A stretch of 64,000 bases of DNA from an uncultured Bacteroidales bacterium. Its GTDB lineage: Bacteria; Bacteroidota; Bacteroidia; Bacteroidales; UBA3824. The position numbers were made by a program, and so were the translations under genes. The stretch is from assembly GCA_947168365.1 (NCBI GenBank), contig CAMVLO010000002.1, forward strand, positions 2,691 to 66,690, read 5' to 3'. The notes under the pieces were generated by a model, which did no database searches, was not told the origin of the DNA, and saw nothing but the letters and a program-made list of their open reading frames with translations. Below, one piece after another: positions 9,384 through 17,676 of this stretch (the stretch's first letter is position 1; every line of letters starts with the position of its first letter).

Positions 9384-9776
9384 ATGAAACATTTATTGAA
9401 AATTGCAATTGCAGTAATGTTGATGTTTACTGCGTGCAGCAAAGATGAAGTCAGTTTTCAAAATGAAACACCAAGTGAAACACTTGAAAACTGCAATTCT
9501 GAAAAAATAATTTCAGAAAATGAAGTAACGCTTGAAGAAGCGCGTGAAGATTTGGAAAGTCTTTTGAAAGATTTTTCTTCGCTTAGTAAAAGTGGAGGCG
9601 GTGGTGATTTTTCTTCTCGCAAAATCTCAGACGGCTTTACCTTGAAGTCAGAACGACATGGCATTTCCAAATCATCTAACGGCGACTCAGAAGTAAAAAT
9701 CCATGTTTTCAATTTTGATATTTCCATAAAGTTGTCTAAAAAAACGTTTACTAATAAAGTTGAAATGAAATTGTAA
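9384..9776 (+). CDS. Chimeric small lipoprotein: signal peptide plus a C10-peptidase propeptide-like N-terminus, fused to the family 3' module
   Basis: Lipobox MFTACSKDE. The segment TLEEAREDLESLL...SRKI...KIHVFNF resembles the N-terminal Spi/I69 propeptide of Bacteroidales C10 peptidases. The last 22 aa and the downstream junction are nucleotide-identical to the end of the next gene. Confidence 0.55.
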   Translation: MKHLLKIAIAVMLMFTACSKDEVSFQNETPSETLENCNSEKIISENEVTLEEAREDLESLLKDFSSLSKSGGGGDFSSRKISDGFTLKSERHGISKSSNGDSEVKIHVFNFDISIKLSKKTFTNKVEMKL

Positions 9777-9788
9777 GGAGGTAAAATT

Positions 9789-10409
9789 ATGAGAAAATAT
9801 AGTATATTGTTGTTTGTTATTTTTCTTGTAGTATTACAATTTAGTTGTAAACTAAAGGAAGATGAATTGGAAATAGGAGCTGGTTATAGTAAATATATGA
9901 TAGATGAATATATCGAATGTGATAGTATTTCGATATTACCTTTCGATAATCATCTAAAAATTTATTTTTTAGGTAATGAACTTAGGGCTCGCAATGAGAT
10001 TGATTTTGTTAAGTTTTATCCAATAGCAAAAGCTAACAATGATACTTCGTTTAACGACATTATAACTCCCGGTTGTTATGCATCGATTAATGATTCATTG
10101 TCTCAAATCAATATTATTTGTGATAAGGATATAGATGAAAATCATTTAGCAGGAACGGAATTGAATGATATTTTTATGTTTAAAGCTTTTAGTGTATATA
10201 ATGTTATACAAAGGCATTATGAATCACGCAAAGCTGATTTTATACAGATCCCTGCAAGCGAGGTTAATTTTTCAAATACACGGGTAATTTTCCGTAATTG
10301 TGAACTTGTTTTGACTCAACTTCCGGAAAAACATGATACTTATACTTTTGATATTTCCATAAAGTTGTCTAAAAAAACGTTTACTAATAAAGTTGAAATG
10401 AAATTGTAA
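9789..10409 (+). CDS. Lipoprotein of an unrecognised family (paralogue B)
   Basis: Lipobox LQFSCKLKEDE and a canonical AGGAGG 7-8 nt upstream. Shares the motifs INIICDKDIDENHLAGTELNDI and QLPEKHDTYTFDISIKLSKKTFTNKVEMKL with the ORFs at 10421 and 30368. Confidence 0.75.
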   Translation: MRKYSILLFVIFLVVLQFSCKLKEDELEIGAGYSKYMIDEYIECDSISILPFDNHLKIYFLGNELRARNEIDFVKFYPIAKANNDTSFNDIITPGCYASINDSLSQINIICDKDIDENHLAGTELNDIFMFKAFSVYNVIQRHYESRKADFIQIPASEVNFSNTRVIFRNCELVLTQLPEKHDTYTFDISIKLSKKTFTNKVEMKL

Positions 10410-10420
10410 GGAGGTAAATT

Positions 10421-11176
10421 ATGAGAAAGATAATGTATTTTTGTTTCATTTTGTCGGTGTATCTTTTTTCTCTTGCATGTGAAAAAGATGGAAGTCGGGA
10501 CATTTTTAATAATGGCAATGTTAACAAAGAATCAGATTCAAGCGTAGATTTTGATACTTCATCTATGGTTGAAGGCGTTTTTAAACTGAAAAACTTTATC
10601 AGTACATATTGGGAAGTTGGTTCAATTGAACTTTCACATTATACCCATAATAAATCTGAATTACCTGTAATTGAAGTAAGTTTCGATGGTTTGAAATATG
10701 CTACGGGAAGCCTAAAACATACTCAACTTTCAGAACAATTGGGTGATACATGTTATTATGGTTATAGTAATCCGGCTTTTAGCGTTGTTAATGATGAGAT
10801 AAATTCAATTGATATCGTTTGTAATGAATATTATGATGCAGAGCATGGAAAAGGGGCTTCTTTGTCGGATATTGCTTCTGTTGTTCTTTCGTCGCCATAC
10901 AATTATCTTAAAAATGGTTATAAGGATGAAATTCAAGAAGAAAGATATTATGAATTATATAATTATTTTGCAGTTTATGGTATATCGTTTATTCCTCATT
11001 ATGAAATTACATACGATAATCTGTTAAATATTTCATCCAAAGGTATTAAGTTTTTTGACTTGAATTTTTATATAATTTTGGCTCAACTTCCTGAAAAACA
11101 CGGTACTTATACTTTTGAGGTTTCAATTAAGTTGTCCCAAAAAAATTTGACAGGAAAAGTTGAAATGGAATTATAA
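10421..11176 (+). CDS. Lipoprotein of an unrecognised family (paralogue C)
   Basis: Lipobox FSLACEKDG and AGGAGG upstream. Motifs IDIVCNEYYDAEHGKGASLSDI and QLPEKHGTYTFEVSIKLSQKNLTGKVEMEL parallel paralogue B. Confidence 0.75.
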   Translation: MRKIMYFCFILSVYLFSLACEKDGSRDIFNNGNVNKESDSSVDFDTSSMVEGVFKLKNFISTYWEVGSIELSHYTHNKSELPVIEVSFDGLKYATGSLKHTQLSEQLGDTCYYGYSNPAFSVVNDEINSIDIVCNEYYDAEHGKGASLSDIASVVLSSPYNYLKNGYKDEIQEERYYELYNYFAVYGISFIPHYEITYDNLLNISSKGIKFFDLNFYIILAQLPEKHGTYTFEVSIKLSQKNLTGKVEMEL

Positions 11177-11196
11177 GGAGGTAAATTCTATATACA

Positions 11197-11237
11197 AAAT
11201 GCGGTGCTCAGTTTTTTTTATTGAACACCGCATTTTA
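11197..11237. terminator. Bidirectional intrinsic terminator between the convergent lipoprotein array and the barnase/barstar operon
   Basis: 11-bp perfect stem AAAATGCGGTG/CACCGCATTTT with A/T runs on both sides. Confidence 0.75.
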
Positions 11238-11238
11238 T

Positions 11239-11502
11239 TTATTTTGAGTCTGTGTAAATAATGCAACAGATGTTACTGTTTTCACATTCCGAATCCCTAA
11301 ATACGTTAAGAAAATTGTTGAATATTTTTCCCTTACAATTGAAAATCGCGATGCAAGTTGGTGTATCTATTTCGGACAGACAATCATACAAGGCATCCAA
11401 GTTTCGTCCGTAGTATTCGGGTAGTTCCATTTTCTGAAACAAGTATTCGTGGATTTCTTCGGCATTTTTCAAATTGCTGAAGTCGAGTATTATTTTTTTC
11501 AT
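11239..11502 (-). CDS. Barstar-family ribonuclease inhibitor
   Basis: LPEYYGRNLDALYDCLSE matches the barstar core LPEYYGENLDALWDCLTG. The ORF is 87 aa and lies immediately downstream of the RNase gene. Confidence 0.9.
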   Translation of the reverse strand: MKKIILDFSNLKNAEEIHEYLFQKMELPEYYGRNLDALYDCLSEIDTPTCIAIFNCKGKIFNNFLNVFRDSECENSNICCIIYTDSK

Positions 11503-11513
11503 AAGTTGTAGAT

Positions 11514-12071
11514 TTAGTAAATTTGTTCAAAAGATTTATAGTGATTGTTGGTATAATAAACCAAACCGTCGTTGCTGAAAATTATACGTTTGGCATTTCG
11601 TCGTCCGCCGGTATAATCGATGTCACATTCATAATATTGTCTGCCTTTGGCTTTAGGTAACAGACCTTCGTAGTTTCCGAACCTGTCGCCGCCGATGCTT
11701 TTGCCCGGTGCTACATCTTGAAGGTTGCCTTTGGAAGATTCCCAACCGAGAGCTTGCGCTTTCGACTTTTTGATATAGTTTTTCGGTAACTTATTGAATG
11801 TATGGATGTAGAGAGCTACTTCGTTTTTAGAAGTATAAGTACCGTTTTGCTCTATAGTTACGTTATTAATATTATTGTCTAACGCATTATTGATATTGTT
11901 TTGCGGAATATCGATGTTGTCGGGGCTGATATTCAGCGGCGTTTCGTTGTTGACATCGATTTCGTTAACAGTGATATTGTCTTTTGAGACATCGTTGCCG
12001 TTGCCCGAAAAGCAAGACGAAATGCCAAGACTTACTGTTAATGCTAATAAAAATGATAGTATTTTATTCAT
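11514..12071 (-). CDS. Barnase-family (N1/T1 superfamily) extracellular ribonuclease with a lipoprotein signal and an Asn-rich linker
   Basis: The C-terminal 110 aa align by eye with barnase: KLPKNYIKKSKAQALGW...KGNLQDVAPGKSIGGDRF...YYECDIDY...GRRNAKRII...NNHYKSF. K, E, R and H catalytic positions are conserved. Lipobox LGISSC. Confidence 0.9.
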   Translation of the reverse strand: MNKILSFLLALTVSLGISSCFSGNGNDVSKDNITVNEIDVNNETPLNISPDNIDIPQNNINNALDNNINNVTIEQNGTYTSKNEVALYIHTFNKLPKNYIKKSKAQALGWESSKGNLQDVAPGKSIGGDRFGNYEGLLPKAKGRQYYECDIDYTGGRRNAKRIIFSNDGLVYYTNNHYKSFEQIY

Positions 12072-12360
12072 TTGTATAAAGTTTTGATTTTAAATGCCAC
12101 TAAAATACAACAAAAATTATGAAAATTTCAAATTCTTAACAAAAATATTTTTCGTCCGAAACTTCATATTTTCAGGACCTTTACAGAGAGGTATCCAAAG
12201 TCAAATACAAAAAATTGCATAAATTCCGAAAAAAAATGTAAAATAATTTGGCAGATTAAAAAAAAAGTGCTTATATTAGGTATCAAATAATTCAAGATAT
12301 AAGGTTGATGCTAATACGCTGATAATCTTATTGAAACTGAAAATTGTTTGACAAAAAATT

Positions 12361-13251
12361 ATGGACGATTTAATCAAGTTTGAAGAATATTTGAAATATG
12401 AGCGGCGCTACAGTCCTCATACTATAAAAGCGTATCTTACGGACTTGAACGAATTTTTGGTTCATTATCAGGCTGAGACTCGTAGTGACAATCTTTTGGA
12501 AGCAGATAGCAAGATTATCAGACATTGGATATCGTCGCTTAGGAGCAGTGGGGAAGAGGCTACTTCTATTAATAGGAAGATTTCTTCGCTGAGAAGTTTT
12601 TACAAGTGGTTGATGATAACGGGCAAGATAAAAGTAAGTCCCGTAATATCGCTTCAGAACTTGAAAAAGCCGAAACGGTTGCCGGAATTTGTTCCCGAGC
12701 ACAAGATGAATGAGTTGCTTGACAACAACGAACTTTTTATCGAGGATAAAGACGGCTATCGCAACAGGTTGATAATAGAACTGTTTTATGACACCGGAGT
12801 TCGAGAGACTGAGCTTATTAATATAAAGTGCAAAGATATCGATAAGGGAAATCTTACGATAAGGGTCTTTGGAAAAGGAGGAAAAACGAGGTTGATACCT
12901 ATAAGCCGTACGTTGTGTGAGCGTTTGGAGCCGTTGATGACCGACGGTGACCAATATTTGTTTCTTACCGACAAAGGCAGACAGATGTATCCCCGTTTGG
13001 TTTACAGGATAGTGCATAAATATTTGGAAACTACAAATAGTGTAAATCAAAACAGTCCGCACGTGTTGCGGCACAGTTTCGCTACAAGTTTGCTGAATAA
13101 CGGTGCTGACCTTAATGCGATAAAAACATTGTTAGGACATGCGAACTTGAATGCTACACAGATTTACACACATACAACATACGAAAAATTAAACAGAATT
13201 TATAAACAAGCTCACCCTCGAGCAGAAAATAATAAGGAGGAAAATTTATGA
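12361..13251 (+). CDS. xerC: XerC/XerD-type tyrosine site-specific recombinase
   Basis: N-terminal SAM-like block (YLKYERRYSPHTIKAYLTDL) and a catalytic C-terminus (RHSFATSLLNNGADLNAIKTLLGHANLNATQIYTH). Its conserved position upstream of hpf and the tuf tRNA cluster argues for a housekeeping Xer gene rather than an integrase. Confidence 0.8.
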   Translation: MDDLIKFEEYLKYERRYSPHTIKAYLTDLNEFLVHYQAETRSDNLLEADSKIIRHWISSLRSSGEEATSINRKISSLRSFYKWLMITGKIKVSPVISLQNLKKPKRLPEFVPEHKMNELLDNNELFIEDKDGYRNRLIIELFYDTGVRETELINIKCKDIDKGNLTIRVFGKGGKTRLIPISRTLCERLEPLMTDGDQYLFLTDKGRQMYPRLVYRIVHKYLETTNSVNQNSPHVLRHSFATSLLNNGADLNAIKTLLGHANLNATQIYTHTTYEKLNRIYKQAHPRAENNKEENL

Positions 13252-13547
13252 ACGTAACAATCGAAGCAATTCACTTTAACGCAGATGCAAAACTTGAAGA
13301 ATTCATTCAAGAAAAGGTAAGCAAACTTTCACAGGTTGCAGATGACATCATCAAGGCAGAAGTTTACTTGTCACTTGAGCGTTCACAGAGCAAAAATTAC
13401 GACAGCAAGGTAGCAAAAATCAGAATTGAAGTACCGGGCGGAGCAATTTTTGCAGAAAAAAAATCAAAAACATTTGAGGAGTCAACTGACACAGCCTTAG
13501 AGGCTTTGCGAGTTCAATTGCTCAAGAGAAAAGAAAAACAGAAATAA
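13248..13547 (+). CDS. hpf: Ribosome hibernation promoting factor (HPF/RaiA, short form)
   Basis: 99 aa. The N-terminal IEAIHFNADAKLEEFIQEKVSKL and the overall size are typical. The ATG overlaps the xerC stop (ATGA), and AAGGAGG lies 7 nt upstream. Confidence 0.8.
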   Translation: MNVTIEAIHFNADAKLEEFIQEKVSKLSQVADDIIKAEVYLSLERSQSKNYDSKVAKIRIEVPGGAIFAEKKSKTFEESTDTALEALRVQLLKRKEKQK

Positions 13548-13602
13548 TTTTGAAAAAAAGTCTGAAAAAAATTTGGAGGTTTAAAAAATAGTCTCTACTT
13601 TT

Positions 13603-13644
13603 GTGTCGTCGAAAAAACAAAACAAGTGTTGATTTCGACGACAC
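13603..13644 (+). terminator. Hairpin after hpf (12-bp stem GTGTCGTCGAAA/TTTCGACGACAC)
   Basis: Perfect inverted repeat followed by ATTTTG. A TACTTTTG box lies just upstream, so this could also be part of the tRNA operon leader. Confidence 0.45.
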
Positions 13645-13696
13645 ATTTTGTGAAAAGGTTCTTAAATAAAACTTATAGCACTTAATAAAAATTAAT

Positions 13697-13770
13697 GCCG
13701 GCGTAGCTCAGTTGGCCAGAGCAGCTGATTTGTAATCAGCGGGTCGGGGGTTCGAATCCCTCCGCCGGCT
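13697..13770 (+). tRNA. tRNA-Thr (anticodon TGT)
   Basis: Acceptor stem GCCGGCG/CGCCGGC, D-arm TAGCTCAGTTGG, anticodon loop TTTGTAA, T-arm GGTTCGAATCC. CCA is encoded after it. Confidence 0.93.
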
Positions 13771-13815
13771 CCAACTTAACGCCTGCATCATTGCAGGAAC
13801 TATCAAAGATATTTT

Positions 13816-13896
13816 GGGAAGTTCGTATAGTGGTCAATTACGGGAGACTGTAAATCTCTTGCTTCGGCTTCGGTGGTTCGAATCCATCACTTCCCA
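13816..13896 (+). tRNA. tRNA-Tyr (anticodon GTA), long variable arm
   Basis: Acceptor stem GGGAAGT/ACTTCCC, anticodon loop CTGTAAA, T-arm GGTTCGAATCC. Confidence 0.9.
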
Positions 13897-13947
13897 CAAA
13901 TTTATGTAGTAAATAAAAATTACGACATAAAACAAATCAAAAAAAAT

Positions 13948-14020
13948 GCGGGAGTAGCTCAATTGGTAGAGCGTCAGCCTTCCAAGCTGAAGGTCGCGGG
14001 TTCGAGACTCGTCTCCCGCT
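13948..14020 (+). tRNA. tRNA-Gly (anticodon TCC)
   Basis: Acceptor stem GCGGGAG/CTCCCGC, anticodon loop CTTCCAA, T-arm GGTTCGAGAC. Confidence 0.9.
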
Positions 14021-14046
14021 CTAATTAAAAAAATCATTAAGATTTT

Positions 14047-14118
<72 letters not shown>

Positions 14119-14227
14119 CAATTTTTTTATGTATGCACTATATTGATGTGTGTGCATAAAACTATATAAAAACAGTAAATAATTAAAAAATATAAATTAA
14201 TTTTTTTACCAACAAATATTATATACC

Positions 14228-15418
14228 ATGGCTAAAGAATCATTCGATAGATCAAAACCACACGTAAACATTGGTACTATTGGTCACGTTGACCACGGTA
14301 AGACAACTTTGACAGCTGCTATCACAACAGTATTAGCAAAGAAAGGTCTTTCAGAAGTAAGAAGTTTCGACTCAATTGATAACGCTCCGGAAGAAAAGGA
14401 ACGTGGTATCACCATCAATACCGCTCACGTAGAATATCAAACAGCTAACCGTCACTACGCACACGTAGACTGCCCGGGTCACGCTGACTACGTTAAGAAC
14501 ATGGTTACTGGTGCTGCTCAGATGGACGGTGCAATCCTCGTTTGTGCTGCAACAGATGGTCCTATGCCTCAAACTCGTGAACACATCCTTTTGGCTCGTC
14601 AGGTTAACGTTCCAAAGATCGTTGTTTTCATGAATAAATGCGATATGGTTGACGATCCAGAATTGCTCGACCTCGTTGAAATGGAACTTCGTGAACTTCT
14701 TTCTTCATATGATTATGATGGTGACAATACACCTATCATCAGAGGTTCTGCTCTTGGTGCTCTTAATGGTGAAGCTAAATGGGAAGAGAAAGTTATGGAA
14801 CTTATGGACGCTTGCGATACATGGATTCCACAACCAACCCGTGACGTTGATAAACCATTCTTGATGCCTATCGAGGATATCTTCTCAATCACCGGTCGTG
14901 GTACAGTTGCTACTGGTAGAATTGAAACTGGTATTGTTAAATTGAACGATCCTGTTGAAATCGTAGGTCTTTCTAAGGAAGGTGCTTTGAAATCAGTTGT
15001 TACTGGTATCGAAATGTTCCGTAAACTTCTTGATGAAGGTGAAGCTGGTGATAACGCTGGTTTGCTTTTGAGAGGTATTGAAAAAGATCAGATTAAGAGA
15101 GGTATGGTTATCGCTAAACCTGGTTCAATCACTCCTCATACCAAATTTACCGCTGAAATCTACGTTTTGAAAAAAGAAGAAGGCGGTCGTCACACACCAT
15201 TCCACAACAACTATCGTCCACAGTTCTACCTCAGAACACTTGACGTAACTGGTGAAATCGCACTTCCAGACGGTGTTGAAATGGTTATGCCTGGTGACCA
15301 CGTTACAATCACTGTTACATTGATCTATCCGGTTGCTTTGAACGAAGGTCTTCGTTTCGCTATCCGTGAAGGTGGTAGAACAGTAGGTTCTGGTCAGATT
15401 GGTAAAATTATTGAATAA
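14228..15418 (+). CDS. tuf: Elongation factor Tu
   Basis: [18 protein letters not shown] and NKCD G-domain motifs. 396 aa. Confidence 0.98.
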   Translation: MAKESFDRSKPHVNIGTIGHVDHGKTTLTAAITTVLAKKGLSEVRSFDSIDNAPEEKERGITINTAHVEYQTANRHYAHVDCPGHADYVKNMVTGAAQMDGAILVCAATDGPMPQTREHILLARQVNVPKIVVFMNKCDMVDDPELLDLVEMELRELLSSYDYDGDNTPIIRGSALGALNGEAKWEEKVMELMDACDTWIPQPTRDVDKPFLMPIEDIFSITGRGTVATGRIETGIVKLNDPVEIVGLSKEGALKSVVTGIEMFRKLLDEGEAGDNAGLLLRGIEKDQIKRGMVIAKPGSITPHTKFTAEIYVLKKEEGGRHTPFHNNYRPQFYLRTLDVTGEIALPDGVEMVMPGDHVTITVTLIYPVALNEGLRFAIREGGRTVGSGQIGKIIE

Positions 15419-15467
15419 TAGTTATTCAAACAATATAAGGAGAGTTGAAAAATACTCTCCTCTATAT

Positions 15468-15540
15468 ACGGGTGTAGCTCAGTCGGTAGAGCACTAGTCT
15501 CCAAAACTAGGTGTCGGGCGTTCGAGCCGCTCCACCCGTG
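15468..15540 (+). tRNA. tRNA-Trp (anticodon CCA)
   Basis: Acceptor stem ACGGGTG/CACCCGT, anticodon loop CTCCAAA, T-arm GCGTTCGAGCC. It holds the canonical position between tuf and secE. Confidence 0.9.
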
Positions 15541-15559
15541 CTTAATTCTTAATTGTAAA

Positions 15560-15760
15560 ATGGCTAATATTAAAACATACCTGCAAGAGACTTACGATGA
15601 GCTTGTTAACAAAGTTTCATGGCCTTCAAGGACAGAACTTATGAACAGTGCTGTGATCGTTATGGTCGCTACATTCATAATTGCTCTCGTGGTATTCCTT
15701 ATGGATATCTCTTTGAAAGAAATTATGGAGTTTATCTACGGGCTCTTCATTAAAAAATAA
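15560..15760 (+). CDS. secE: Preprotein translocase subunit SecE
   Basis: 66 aa, one C-terminal TM helix, KVSWPS motif, position upstream of nusG. Confidence 0.9.
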   Translation: MANIKTYLQETYDELVNKVSWPSRTELMNSAVIVMVATFIIALVVFLMDISLKEIMEFIYGLFIKK

Positions 15761-15795
15761 ATATTCTCTAACCCATTAACGAGAGGGCATTCATT

Positions 15796-16374
15796 ATGGA
15801 CGAAGTAGAAAAGACTATTAAAAAACCAAAAGCTAAAAGGTGGTATGTTCTTCGCGCTATTGGCGGTCAAGAAAAGAAAGTAAAAGAATATATCGAAAGT
15901 CAAATCACCCTTCTTAATTTGGGTGACTATATATCACAAGTTTTAATTCCATCTGAAAAAGTTTATCAAGTACGAAACGGAAAGAAGTATAGCACTGAGC
16001 GTACATTCTTCCCCGGTTATGTGTTGGTAGAATGTCTTCTTACACAGCAAGTAACCGGTATTCTTAGAAATATTCCGGGAGGCCTTGGCTTTTTGGGTGA
16101 ATCTAAGGGTGGAGATCCTCTTCCAATTAGAGAGGTTGAGGTTAACAGAATACTTGGTAAAGTGGACGAGGTGACAACAGAAGAGGAAGTAATAGAGTCG
16201 CCTTATGCTCTTGGAGAAAACGTGAAAGTAGTTGACGGACCTTTCAACGGTTTCATCGGCATTATTGAGGATATCAATGATGAGAAGAAGAAACTGAAAG
16301 TTATGGTAAAGATTTTCGGTAGAAAGACTCCGTTGGAGCTTGGATATGTCCAAGTAGAAAAAGTAAAAGAATAA
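15796..16374 (+). CDS. nusG: Transcription termination/antitermination factor NusG
   Basis: NGN domain (WYVLRAIGGQEKKV) and KOW domain (GENVKVVDGPFNGFIGIIEDI). Confidence 0.95.
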   Translation: MDEVEKTIKKPKAKRWYVLRAIGGQEKKVKEYIESQITLLNLGDYISQVLIPSEKVYQVRNGKKYSTERTFFPGYVLVECLLTQQVTGILRNIPGGLGFLGESKGGDPLPIREVEVNRILGKVDEVTTEEEVIESPYALGENVKVVDGPFNGFIGIIEDINDEKKKLKVMVKIFGRKTPLELGYVQVEKVKE

Positions 16375-16499
16375 TATACGAATTTTGGTTGTTTTGAATT
16401 GGTTTTACCTCTCAAGATAAACATATAATGCTTCCGCAATTCAAAATATACCAAAGTAGATTATTATAAAACAAATCAATTTTTTTAAGAAAACACAAA

Positions 16500-16943
16500 A
16501 TGGCTAAAGAAATTACCGGATTTGTTAAATTGGAAATCAAAGGCGGTGCAGCAAATCCTTCACCTCCAATTGGTCCTGCATTAGGTTCTAAAGGTGTTAA
16601 CATTATGGACTTCTGCAAACAATTTAACGCCAAAACTAAGGATAAAGCTGGTAAAGTTGTACCGGTTGTTATCACAGTTTACAGCGATAAATCGTTTGAC
16701 TTCGTATTGAAGACATCTCCGGCCGGCGCTCAATTGAAAGAAATTGCAAAATTGAAATCTGGCTCTGCAGAACCAAACAGAAAGAAGGTTGCTACTATCA
16801 CTTGGGATCAGGTAAAAGCGATCGCTGAGGATAAGTTGCCTGATTTGAACTGTTTTACAGTAGAATCTGCAATGAAAATGGTAGCAGGCACAGCTAAAAG
16901 TATGGGTATCGTAGTAGACGGTCCTTCACCTTTTGATAACTAA
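16500..16943 (+). CDS. rplK: 50S ribosomal protein L11
   Basis: [15 protein letters not shown] motif. 147 aa. Confidence 0.97.
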   Translation: MAKEITGFVKLEIKGGAANPSPPIGPALGSKGVNIMDFCKQFNAKTKDKAGKVVPVVITVYSDKSFDFVLKTSPAGAQLKEIAKLKSGSAEPNRKKVATITWDQVKAIAEDKLPDLNCFTVESAMKMVAGTAKSMGIVVDGPSPFDN

Positions 16944-16961
16944 ATTTATAACAAAATCGAA

Positions 16962-17663
16962 ATGGGAAAAGTAAGTAAAAATTATAAAGCTGCGCTGGAC
17001 AAAATCGAGGAAGGTAAACAATATACCTTGGCTGAGGCTTGTGAATTGGTTAAAACATTGGTTTCTACTAAATTCGATTCTTCAGTTGACGTAGATGTTC
17101 GACTTGGTGTTGATCCAAAGAAATCTAACCAAATGGTTAGAGGCGTTGTTACTCTCCCTAACGGTACAGGTAAGGACAAAAAGGTTTTGGTACTCTGCAC
17201 TCCTGACAAGGAAGAAGAGGCTAAAGCTGCTGGTGCCGATTATGTAGGTCTTGATGACTATGTTCAGAAAATCCAAGGTGGTTGGACAGACGTAGATGTT
17301 ATTATCACAACTCCTGCATGTATGGGTAAAGTAGGTAAATTAGGTAGAATCCTCGGTCCTCGTGGTTTGATGCCTAACCCTAAAACTGGTACTGTTACTA
17401 TGGAGATAGCTCAGGCAGTAAAAGATGTAAAACTCGGAAAGATAGATTTTAAGGTTGACAAATACGGAATCATCCATTCTCCGGTTGGTAAGGCTTCATT
17501 TGATGTACAGAAATTGTATGAAAATGCACGTGAATTTTTGCGTACAGTAATCAAATTGAAACCGGCCGCTGCGAAGGGTACTTATGTAAAATCTGTTTAC
17601 GTAAGTGGTACAATGACTCCAGGTATCCCTGTTGACGTTAAATCTCTTGATAAGGCCGAATAA
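16962..17663 (+). CDS. rplA: 50S ribosomal protein L1
   Basis: 233 aa. [16 protein letters not shown] motif. Confidence 0.97.
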   Translation: MGKVSKNYKAALDKIEEGKQYTLAEACELVKTLVSTKFDSSVDVDVRLGVDPKKSNQMVRGVVTLPNGTGKDKKVLVLCTPDKEEEAKAAGADYVGLDDYVQKIQGGWTDVDVIITTPACMGKVGKLGRILGPRGLMPNPKTGTVTMEIAQAVKDVKLGKIDFKVDKYGIIHSPVGKASFDVQKLYENAREFLRTVIKLKPAAAKGTYVKSVYVSGTMTPGIPVDVKSLDKAE

Positions 17664-17676
17664 TAAAGGAAACAAA

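Noticed and set aside
9384-13251. Integron-like reading: a same-orientation cassette array with a conserved inter-cassette element and a tyrosine recombinase 1.2 kb away.
   Set aside because: The recombinase is a XerC/D-type gene in the conserved housekeeping position upstream of hpf and the tuf tRNA cluster, and a convergent barnase operon separates it from the array. The conserved element is mostly coding sequence plus an RBS. I could find none of the imperfect inverted-repeat (attC-like) structure in it. Paralogue duplication or gene conversion explains it more simply.
13834-14037. A 67-aa minus-strand ORF.
   Set aside because: It overlaps the tRNA-Tyr and tRNA-Gly genes, and its open frame comes from tRNA sequence.
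15438-15461. A hairpin (AGGAGAGT/ACTCTCCT) after tuf containing an AAGGAGA SD-like string.
   Set aside because: No ORF follows it and tRNA-Trp starts 7 nt later. It is most likely a processing or terminator stem rather than a ribosome-binding site, and it lacks a T tract, so I did not list it as a terminator.
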